Below are positions 1 through 5,290 of a DNA stretch of 7,131 bases, piece after piece. The DNA lies in IMG/VR virus record IMGVR_UViG_3300005515_000611. One strand, written 5' to 3'. This stretch comes from a virus. The notes beneath the pieces were generated by a model. That model saw only the letters and a program-made list of their open reading frames with translations, did no database searches and was not told where the DNA came from. The position numbers were made by a program, and so were the translations under genes. Position 1 is the stretch's first letter; each line of letters starts with the position of its first letter.

Positions 1-120
1 GGCCCCAATTGGGGCCTTTTCAAATTCATTTAGTATTTCAGGAATTACATTTTTTCAACCGAAATTCGGTTGACATAAGCCGGATTGTGTTCGGCTAATT
101 CGAGCTTTTGCACATTGTGT
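1..120. repeat. Left copy of an exact 120-bp direct terminal repeat (identical to 7012..7131)
   Basis: Base-by-base comparison gives position n = position n+7011 for n = 1..120. The repeat contains the terminator palindrome, the AT-rich island and the 3' end of the minus-strand repressor gene. Confidence 0.97.
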
Positions 121-513
121 TAGGCGTATCGCACATTGCATCCAGTGCGCTCCGAGCTCAACGAGGCTGGTAGCTGTCGGGATCGTCGAAAAAATCTGGT
201 GTGCGCTGGCGCCAACGGAACCGATCACCGCGCCAGTCAGAAGCGAAGCCTTTCCCAAGGCTTTCATCAGCATGTCTCCCTTCGCGGTTCCTTCGTGCTT
301 GCGCACTGTTGCGCGTGCCAGCTCGGCCACGGGATCTAGGCCAGCGATCGCTGCGATGAGCGCCTGGTTTTCTGGAGAGCATGGTGCATTGCCTGTTCGC
401 CAGTTGGTGATTCGCTGAGGCGACACGTCTAGTGCTCGTGCGACTGCCGCGTCGGTCCCCATGCTTTTTTTGGCTTTGTCAAGTAGGGCTAATACTTCGT
501 TATCAGGTTTCAT
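55..513 (-). CDS. Phage repressor-like HTH DNA-binding protein (152 aa) with a hydrophobic C-terminal extension
   Basis: ATG at 513 is preceded by AGGAG (complement of 520..524) with 6-nt spacing, whereas the track start at 531 is a TTG that lies over that SD. The N-terminal segment DAAVARALDVSPQRITNWRTG looks like a helix-turn-helix of the Cro/CI-like or filamentous-phage repressor type. The gene is divergent from the replication/morphogenesis operon, as in lysogenic inoviruses. Confidence 0.7.
   Translation of the reverse strand: MKPDNEVLALLDKAKKSMGTDAAVARALDVSPQRITNWRTGNAPCSPENQALIAAIAGLDPVAELARATVRKHEGTAKGDMLMKALGKASLLTGAVIGSVGASAHQIFSTIPTATSLVELGAHWMQCAIRLTQCAKARISRTQSGLCQPNFG
70..99 (+). 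promoter_or_regulatory. Candidate sigma70-like promoter reading antisense into the repressor gene
   Basis: A perfect -35 TTGACA lies at 70..75. After an 18-nt spacer, GCTAAT at 94..99 matches 4 of 6 positions of TATAAT. This is the only TTGACA I found on the plus strand of the unit genome. It overlaps the palindrome CAACCGAA-A-TTCGGTTG at 57..73. A chance occurrence is not excluded. Confidence 0.25.
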
Positions 514-527
514 TCGTAACTCCTGTA

Positions 528-575
528 CCAAACCATTTTGGTTTAGACTCCGCCGACCAAACCATCATGGTTTGG
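528..575. promoter_or_regulatory. Two copies of a 19-bp palindromic operator in the divergent switch region
   Basis: O2 at 557..575 is CCAAACCA-TCA-TGGTTTGG, a perfect 8-3-8 palindrome. O1 at 528..546 is CCAAACCA-TTT-TGGTTTAG, with arms complementary at 7 of 8 positions. Centres are 29 bp apart. A related CAAAC-AA-GTTTG lies at 576..587. O1 abuts the repressor SD, and O2 overlaps a possible -35 TTGGCA (572..577). Confidence 0.65.
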
Positions 576-599
576 CAAACAAGTTTGGGTGGGCTAATT

Positions 600-980
600 A
601 TGGCGCGAGGGGAACATGGAGGGGAAATCAGCACCATTGGCGCGACGCCGCCTGTCCCCTATACCCACGCCGTGCACGCCCGCCGATGTGGTGAAGCGGC
701 GAGAGCTGGCGAGGTCCTGGCCGGCCAATTCCTTCAGGTGAAATCCGGTCCGGTCGTCTACTGCGGCCGGATCGTCGCTGCCTGGGACCATGAGAACGCC
801 GGCGAGATGTGGAAGCTGGAGGTGGTCTACCCGGTCAAGGGCATCCAGTCGTTCCCGGCGAAGCGGTCGAGACAGTGTGGCGGGATCGATGGCCGGTGCC
901 TGTGCGAGGCCGACGCGCGTAGCGCGCGAGGTACGAGCGCGCCTAGCGCGGCGGATCCCGATTTGGGCGTGACGTGCTAG
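600..980 (+). CDS. Hypothetical protein (126 aa), first gene of the rightward operon
   Basis: The ORF has strongly G/C-biased third codon positions, especially from about 720 onward. ATG at 600 follows a weak G-rich stretch, GGGTGGG; an alternative in-frame ATG at 567 lies inside operator O2. The stop TAG at 978..980 sits in a hairpin loop next to the Rep start. I recognise no family. The protein contains 6 Cys. Confidence 0.5.
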   Translation: MARGEHGGEISTIGATPPVPYTHAVHARRCGEAARAGEVLAGQFLQVKSGPVVYCGRIVAAWDHENAGEMWKLEVVYPVKGIQSFPAKRSRQCGGIDGRCLCEADARSARGTSAPSAADPDLGVTC

Positions 981-1011
981 TAACACGTCACTTTAGTCTC
1001 ACCAGTGAGAC
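969..1011 (+). other. Two adjacent inverted repeats at the junction of the upstream ORF and Rep
   Basis: GTGACGTG (969..976), loop CTAGTAA, CACGTCAC (984..991) form an 8-bp stem. GTCTCAC (996..1002), CA, GTGAGAC (1005..1011) form a 7-2-7 palindrome. The stop codons TAG and TAA of the upstream ORF lie in the first loop, and the GTG at 974 lies in the first stem. Confidence 0.6.
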
Positions 1012-2158
1012 AGATGAGCCCACGGTGGCCCTCGCGGCGGTTGAGTCACCGGGCCGTCCTGAGTGGTATCCACGGCCTGTCACGAAAACCCAGATGCTGG
1101 GCTTTTGTGACTGGCTGTCGATCTATCAGCGGCACGGTGTAGGCCTTCCGAAGGTCGCCGATGGTGCTGTGATCCGTGTGGATCGCGATGGCGAGGTCCA
1201 GACAACGACGTTGAAGAAAGAGCGTGTCGAGGGCTCGCACGAAACCGCGATCTTCATTCGTTGCGATGGTGAGACCGTCTGGTTTGACGGCAACGTGAGC
1301 AAGTTTGGCCGACCGGACAACGTGTTCGGCTACAGCTTTCAGCAGTGCCTGCTGCGTGTGAACGCGCTGCTGGCTGATTTCGGTCTGCCGCCGTTCACCG
1401 AAGGCGAATCCTTCGTTACCAACTTCAAGGGCGAGCCTCGCACGGTCTGGACTGGTGCAGTCGTTACGCGTGTTGACCTCACGCAGAACTACGCCACCGG
1501 CAGTAAGGAGGACGCCTATCACTTCATGCGCTTCCTGCAAGCGCAGCAGGCTAGCCGGTTGAAGACCGGCACTTATGGCGATGGTGAGACGGTGGACTTC
1601 GGTCGCGGCTCTCGTCGGCTGTACCTCAAGGCGTATCTGAAGGGGCCCGAACTTCGTCGGCATGCAAAGGCGTCGGCCGTGGTCGATGAGGCTTTCGGGA
1701 AGGTTAGCTGTGAGTACCTGGAGCGCGTCGCCGATTGGTGCGACGGCATCGGTTTGGTCAGAGTGGAACTGACCTTTAAGGCAACCAAGTTGCATGACAT
1801 GGGTTGCCACTTCTTGGGGGGCTTCGATATGAAGCAACTTGAAATTGAGTTCGAGCGCTACAGCGAGGTGATGACGCGTGCCTCTGCGGAGGTCGAGGAG
1901 TTGACCGAGCTGCCGAAGTCTCTGCTCTCGACCTACCGTATGTGGCAGGCCGGTGACGACATCACCTCGAAGGTGTCGCGCGCGACCTTCTATCGCCATC
2001 GCCGTGAGCTGTTGCCTTACGGCGTCGATATCGCCGTGAAGTCCAACGTGACGACTCTCAAAACGAAGACCCGGGTGGTGCGGCTCGGCCCGGTGTCTCC
2101 GCCTGAATGGTACGAGCTGCCTGAGCTGGAAAGGAAACGTTATGGGACTGGTGGTTGA
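974..2158 (+). CDS. Rolling-circle replication initiation protein (gene II-like, gene II/X family)
   Basis: The 394-aa ORF is the largest early gene and lies immediately upstream of the gV-like gene. The N-terminal MLGFCDWLSIYQ motif and the GSHETAIFIRCDG...GNVSKFGRPDNVFGY block resemble filamentous-phage/plasmid Rep (Phage_CRI / Rep_trans-type) proteins from memory. The C-terminal SRATFYRHRRELLPYGVDI segment looks HTH-like. The start is uncertain: GTG 974 (in a hairpin stem), GTG 1025 or ATG 1094. Confidence 0.8.
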   Translation: MLVTRHFSLTSETDEPTVALAAVESPGRPEWYPRPVTKTQMLGFCDWLSIYQRHGVGLPKVADGAVIRVDRDGEVQTTTLKKERVEGSHETAIFIRCDGETVWFDGNVSKFGRPDNVFGYSFQQCLLRVNALLADFGLPPFTEGESFVTNFKGEPRTVWTGAVVTRVDLTQNYATGSKEDAYHFMRFLQAQQASRLKTGTYGDGETVDFGRGSRRLYLKAYLKGPELRRHAKASAVVDEAFGKVSCEYLERVADWCDGIGLVRVELTFKATKLHDMGCHFLGGFDMKQLEIEFERYSEVMTRASAEVEELTELPKSLLSTYRMWQAGDDITSKVSRATFYRHRRELLPYGVDIAVKSNVTTLKTKTRVVRLGPVSPPEWYELPELERKRYGTGG

Positions 2159-2474
2159 AGTGGTGGGCCTGAAGGCCTTCAAGGGCGTGGTGCAAGGCGA
2201 GGCGATCGACAGCGGCAAGCTGTTCGCTCGCGTCAAGTTCGACACGCGTTACAACGAAAAGGGCAAGAACTTTGCCGCAGGGCAGTTCGTCGAGGAATGG
2301 CGTCTGCCGAGTTCGGAGCTGGTGTTCCGGATGCAGCACATCCCCCTGCCCTTCATGTGCGATCTGGAGGTGGATCGCGTCAGTAACGGCAAGGAGACCA
2401 AGGAGGTGGTCATCGATTGCCGTCCGGTCGATACCGTCAAGCCGATGCCGGCTCCGGTGAAGCAGGCCGCCTGA
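2142..2474 (+). CDS. Putative ssDNA-binding protein (gene V-like), 110 aa
   Basis: ATG at 2142 is preceded by AAGGAAA with about 5-nt spacing and overlaps the Rep 3' end by 17 nt. Its size and its position directly after Rep match gV. The beta-strand-rich N-terminus (LVVEVVGLKAFKG) is compatible with an OB-like fold. The assignment rests on synteny, not on a recognised motif. Confidence 0.55.
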   Translation: MGLVVEVVGLKAFKGVVQGEAIDSGKLFARVKFDTRYNEKGKNFAAGQFVEEWRLPSSELVFRMQHIPLPFMCDLEVDRVSNGKETKEVVIDCRPVDTVKPMPAPVKQAA

Positions 2475-2647
2475 TGCTCTCCCCTGCCCTCGCTCTCGCC
2501 TGTGCCCTCGCTGGCTTTCTGCTGGCGATGGGCTTGGGCGCGCTGATCTGGATCGACGGCGAGCGTGCTGCGAAGCGTGAACGCATCGAGCGCGCACGTC
2601 GTCGCGATCACGCGAAGGTTCCGGCGATCTGCTGGAGCAATCAATGA
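2474..2647 (+). CDS. Small single-pass membrane protein (57 aa), candidate minor virion or assembly protein
   Basis: The ATG overlaps the upstream stop (TGATG at 2472..2476). An N-terminal hydrophobic helix, LSPALALACALAGFLLAMGLGALIWI, is followed by a highly basic tail, ERAAKRERIERARRRDHAK. The longer track ORF from 2417 would overlap gV and has no SD. Confidence 0.55.
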   Translation: MLSPALALACALAGFLLAMGLGALIWIDGERAAKRERIERARRRDHAKVPAICWSNQ

Positions 2648-2868
2648 TTCAAGCAGTCGTCACTAGTGACGGTCCTAAGACGGCCGCACAACGCCAGGCC
2701 GCTTACCGTGCTCGCAAAGGTAAGCAATGCCTGGTGCTTCTCCCCGATGACGTGAAGGAAGGCCTCGATGCTTACCTCCGTCGTCAGCATATGGACGTTG
2801 ATCCGTCGCTCACGCAGAGCGACGTCATCGTCAAGCTGTTGAGAGCGCAGTTGCTGCGCAAGCGCTGA
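2644..2868 (+). CDS. Small soluble basic protein (74 aa), possible ribbon-helix-helix / RCR-regulator-like DNA-binding protein
   Basis: An ATGA start/stop overlap at 2644..2647 couples it to the upstream gene. It has no hydrophobic segment. The N-terminal pattern TAAQRQAAYRARKGKQCLVLLPDDVKEGLDAYL (basic stretch, short beta-like strand, helix) resembles small RHH-type or RepB-like copy-control regulators as I recall them. No database search was possible. Confidence 0.45.
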   Translation: MIQAVVTSDGPKTAAQRQAAYRARKGKQCLVLLPDDVKEGLDAYLRRQHMDVDPSLTQSDVIVKLLRAQLLRKR

Positions 2869-3077
2869 TGGCTGATCCAACCGTCATCCAGTGCGCATCC
2901 ACGTGCACCGTCACCGTGGTGCACGAACTCACATTTCCCTTGCTCGAAATCACGCCCGAGCAAGGTGAGCAGATCGCGCTCGCAATCGTGGGCGTGTGGG
3001 CGTTGGCCTGGTGCATCCGGCAGGTCATCCTCGCTACTCGTCAATCCGGTGCAAACAAAGAGGAAACAGAGTCATGA
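2868..3077 (+). CDS. Small membrane protein (69 aa), candidate minor coat protein (gVII/gIX analogue)
   Basis: A TGATG overlap with the upstream stop lies at 2866..2870. There is one hydrophobic helix, IALAIVGVWALAWCIRQVILA, in the C-terminal half. The gene lies immediately upstream of the major coat gene, as gVII and gIX do in Ff phages. Confidence 0.55.
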   Translation: MADPTVIQCASTCTVTVVHELTFPLLEITPEQGEQIALAIVGVWALAWCIRQVILATRQSGANKEETES

Positions 3078-3337
3078 ACAAGTTCGCAGTCGGCCAATTC
3101 GTCTCGAAGGCATCGCGCCTGGCTAACGCAAAGCGCCTGGCGGCATCGGCGGCCGTCGGTGCTGCGCTCGGCTCGCTGATGGCCCCCGTGCATGCGGCCA
3201 TCGACGTGTCGGCGATCACGGCTGGCATCGCCGAGTACAGCGGCACCGATTCGCCCATCGTGAAGATCGGTGGTGCGATCCTGCTGGTGGTACTCACCAT
3301 CGCGGCCATCGTGTGGGTTCGTCGCGCGCTGAAGTAA
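3074..3337 (+). CDS. Major coat protein precursor (gene VIII-like), 87 aa
   Basis: The SD AGAGGA (3058..3063) precedes ATG 3074, which forms an ATGA overlap with the upstream stop. A long signal peptide ends ...LMAPVHA, with a predicted cut after residue 41. The predicted 46-aa mature protein has an acidic N-half (D, E, D), a hydrophobic core IGGAILLVVLTIAAIVWV and a basic C-terminus RRALK. This is the classic inovirus coat architecture. Confidence 0.85.
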   Translation: MNKFAVGQFVSKASRLANAKRLAASAAVGAALGSLMAPVHAAIDVSAITAGIAEYSGTDSPIVKIGGAILLVVLTIAAIVWVRRALK

Positions 3338-3355
3338 GCGGTCGTTGATCGCAGG

Positions 3356-3384
3356 GCCCCGGCTTGATCACCCGGGGGCTTCTT
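3356..3384 (+). terminator. Candidate attenuating terminator hairpin after the major coat gene
   Basis: CCCCGG (3357..3362) pairs with CCGGGG (3372..3377), giving a 6-bp G/C stem with a 9-nt loop. An additional G3356:C3379 pair is possible with a bulged G. The hairpin is followed by TTCTT. Ff phages have a terminator at the equivalent position after gVIII. The U-tract is weak. Confidence 0.4.
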
Positions 3385-3461
3385 CAAAGCGTTCACGTCG
3401 AGCGTTTCGTAGAGGGCAAGCAAATGGGTCTTTTCGTGATGATCGCGATCTTGGGGGCGAT

Positions 3462-4961
3462 GTGGCTCATCTTCACCGCTTGATCGCAGTCGTGGTGCTT
3501 GGGTGCGCCTCGTTCGCCGCGCAGGCTCTCATTCCCCCAGTCCCGCAGATTTCTGGTCAGTGGCCTTGGGGCTTACCGAGCCCTGTTGTTACGGGCGCGA
3601 GTGCTGCAGATGTGTGCGCGGCGCTTCTTCCGGCCTTCATTACTCAGTACAACACGGTGCCCGGGATCACTGGGTTCACTGTGGTCGTTGGACAGGTGCC
3701 GACGCCTACGACCTCGGGGTACTGTCAGGGGTCGTACATCCATCCTGATGGCTCGCCTCGCTCGCCTGCTAGAGCGACGCTGTACATGAATGGCGGCAAT
3801 GTCTGCCCGGCGAATAGCTCGCTGATCTCCAGCTCTGGCATGTGCTCGTGTAATGCGAACTATCAGGACTCGCCGGATGGAAAGTCGTGCGTGCCTTCTA
3901 AGTCTCGCTGGGAGAAAGCCTGCGAGGCCAACACCGGCAAGCGCTACAACTTCCAGTCCGCTGGCAAGAATCAGGCTGGCGGTTGTCAGACCGAAATCAA
4001 CAACGTGAATTCGCCCATCGAGGGCGATACCGGTGGCCTGCCCGATTCGTTCGGCTGCCAGGTGCGTTTCGTTGATGACGGCAGCAAGACCTCCGCGCTT
4101 GATCCTGACACGAAGGAATGGGTCACCAAGGGTCTCGGTCGCGTCACTGGCGAGACCTGTGTGGGCACTGGTGTGCCGGTGCCTGGGGATGCCCCTGAGG
4201 GCACCACGCAGGAATCCGAGGGCAAGAACGATCAGTGCCCCTATGGGCTGGTGAAGGGCGTCAACGGTCAGATCGTGTGCGCGTACAGCGATCCCAATGG
4301 AACTATCGAAGGCACGGAGACCAGCACCGTTAAGAACCCCGACGGCACGTCGACCGACACGAAGAAAGAAATCAAGTGCGACGGTGGTGTGTGCACGACG
4401 ACGACAACCACGACGACACGCGATAGCGCGGGCACCATCGTCGGCACGAAGATCGACGAGAAGAAGGAGTCCATCGGCGAGACCTGCAACAAGGACCCGG
4501 GGAACAAGGTCTGCGCCACGACCGGCGGCGGCGGCGGTGAAGGTGGTGCAGGTTTCTCTGGCACCTGCGAGGCTGGTTTCCAGGTGAAGGGTGAAGACCC
4601 GATCCAGAACGCGATGGCCTTGGAGCAGTACAAGCGCAACTGCCAGTTCTTCGAGAAGAAGCCTGATGCGACCGACGAGACGCGCGCGTATGACGACATG
4701 CTCGCCAAGGGCAAGCAGGGCGGCGATCAGACCGGAGATCTGCCTGCAGGCTCTAAGCGCGAGGTCACCATCGGACCAGGTGATTTCGATTACTCCAGCG
4801 CCATTGGCGCGTCGCAGTGCTTCACGGATCGCAGCGTGCAGATCTGGGGGCGCACAGTGGCCGTTCCGCTTTCCATCGTTTGCCCGTGGCTTGAGATCCT
4901 GGGCAATATCCTCGTGGTCGTCGGCTCTCTGCTGGCGGCCCGCATCGTCGTAAGGGGCTGA
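3462..4961 (+). CDS. Minor coat / host adsorption protein (gene III-like), 499 aa from GTG 3462
   Basis: GTG at 3462 follows GGGGG. It gives a plausible signal peptide, (M)AHLHRLIAVVVLGCASFAAQA, followed by LIPP. The body is Cys-rich, with a poly-Thr run (about 4395..4418) and a Gly-rich linker GGGGGEGGAG (about 4520..4550). A C-terminal membrane anchor, LEILGNILVVVGSLLAARIVVRG, ends the protein. The upstream part of the track ORF (TTG 3345) is basic, non-signal-like and overlaps the hairpin. Confidence 0.8.
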   Translation: MAHLHRLIAVVVLGCASFAAQALIPPVPQISGQWPWGLPSPVVTGASAADVCAALLPAFITQYNTVPGITGFTVVVGQVPTPTTSGYCQGSYIHPDGSPRSPARATLYMNGGNVCPANSSLISSSGMCSCNANYQDSPDGKSCVPSKSRWEKACEANTGKRYNFQSAGKNQAGGCQTEINNVNSPIEGDTGGLPDSFGCQVRFVDDGSKTSALDPDTKEWVTKGLGRVTGETCVGTGVPVPGDAPEGTTQESEGKNDQCPYGLVKGVNGQIVCAYSDPNGTIEGTETSTVKNPDGTSTDTKKEIKCDGGVCTTTTTTTTRDSAGTIVGTKIDEKKESIGETCNKDPGNKVCATTGGGGGEGGAGFSGTCEAGFQVKGEDPIQNAMALEQYKRNCQFFEKKPDATDETRAYDDMLAKGKQGGDQTGDLPAGSKREVTIGPGDFDYSSAIGASQCFTDRSVQIWGRTVAVPLSIVCPWLEILGNILVVVGSLLAARIVVRG

Positions 4962-4963
4962 CC

Positions 4964-5287
4964 ATGCCGGCATTTCTTCCTTGGGTCCTCGCGGCCTTCT
5001 TCGGTGGTCTGCGCTACGTCGCGGGCTCTCTCGCTGTCCAGGTGCTGGTCGGCCTTGGTATCGGACTGGTCACGTACACCGGGATGGATATCAGCCTCAC
5101 CTACCTCAAGCAGCAGGCCATCCAGGCGCTGGGTGGTCTGCCTGGCGAGGTCATCGGCGCGCTTGGCTACGCGAAGGTCGGTGTGTTCATCAACATCGTC
5201 ACCAGTGCGATGGTGGCGCGCATGAGCATGACGATGATTCGCACCGCCTCTGGCGCGCTCGCGGTGAAGCGCTTCTTCAAGACCTGA
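4964..5287 (+). CDS. Minor coat protein (gene VI-like; DUF2523-like position), 107 aa
   Basis: The SD AAGGGG precedes ATG 4964, which lies 2 nt after the gIII-like stop. The protein is very hydrophobic with multiple helices (PWVLAAFFGGL, VQVLVGLGIGLV, VGVFINIVTSAMV). It lies between the gIII-like and Zot-like genes, the conserved gVI slot. Confidence 0.75.
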   Translation: MPAFLPWVLAAFFGGLRYVAGSLAVQVLVGLGIGLVTYTGMDISLTYLKQQAIQALGGLPGEVIGALGYAKVGVFINIVTSAMVARMSMTMIRTASGALAVKRFFKT

Positions 5288-5290
5288 TCC

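Noticed and set aside
1-120. Terminal repeats as transposon or IS ends or LTRs
   Set aside because: The repeats are direct, exact, and cut through a gene (the repressor 3' end). The content between them is a complete phage genome, and no transposase is present. Circular overlap or tandem prophage is the simpler explanation.
1-140. XerCD dif-like attP site (also checked near 6995..7011)
   Set aside because: Only partial resemblances were seen. ATTTAGTATTT matches the conserved XerD-arm complement ATTTAACATAA at 7 of 11 positions. TCGCACATTGCAT resembles a XerC arm plus centre. ACAAAAGATAAAG resembles a Ralstonia-phage attP I only half remember. No full 11-6-11 site could be aligned. It needs comparison with the actual host dif.
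136-382. Short ORFs (67 aa on the plus strand, 74 aa on the minus strand) inside the repressor gene region
   Set aside because: They overlap the better-supported HTH repressor frame, show no SD, and have Arg/Ser-rich shadow-ORF composition.
432-599. N-terminal extension of the 182-aa track ORF (GTG 432) and the TTG 531 start of the repressor ORF
   Set aside because: The extension would overlap the divergent repressor gene and the operators. For the repressor, the ATG at 513 has a canonical AGGAG SD that the TTG-531 version would have to translate through.
1046-2245. 399-aa minus-strand ORF antisense to the Rep gene
   Set aside because: It is fully nested opposite a well-supported gene. It is rich in Arg, Leu, Ala and Pro, as expected for a shadow ORF in GC-rich DNA, and has no SD or recognisable motif. 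Ten to eleven co-directional genes already fill this genome.
2058-2644. Minus-strand ORFs (179 aa and 131 aa) opposite the gV-like and small membrane protein genes
   Set aside because: They are antisense to a tightly coupled plus-strand gene chain, have Arg-rich low-complexity sequence, and show no translation signals.
3573-4973. 466-aa minus-strand ORF antisense to the gIII-like gene
   Set aside because: Same reasoning: a low-complexity, Arg/Ala/Leu-rich antisense shadow ORF opposite a protein with a clear signal peptide, linkers and membrane anchor.
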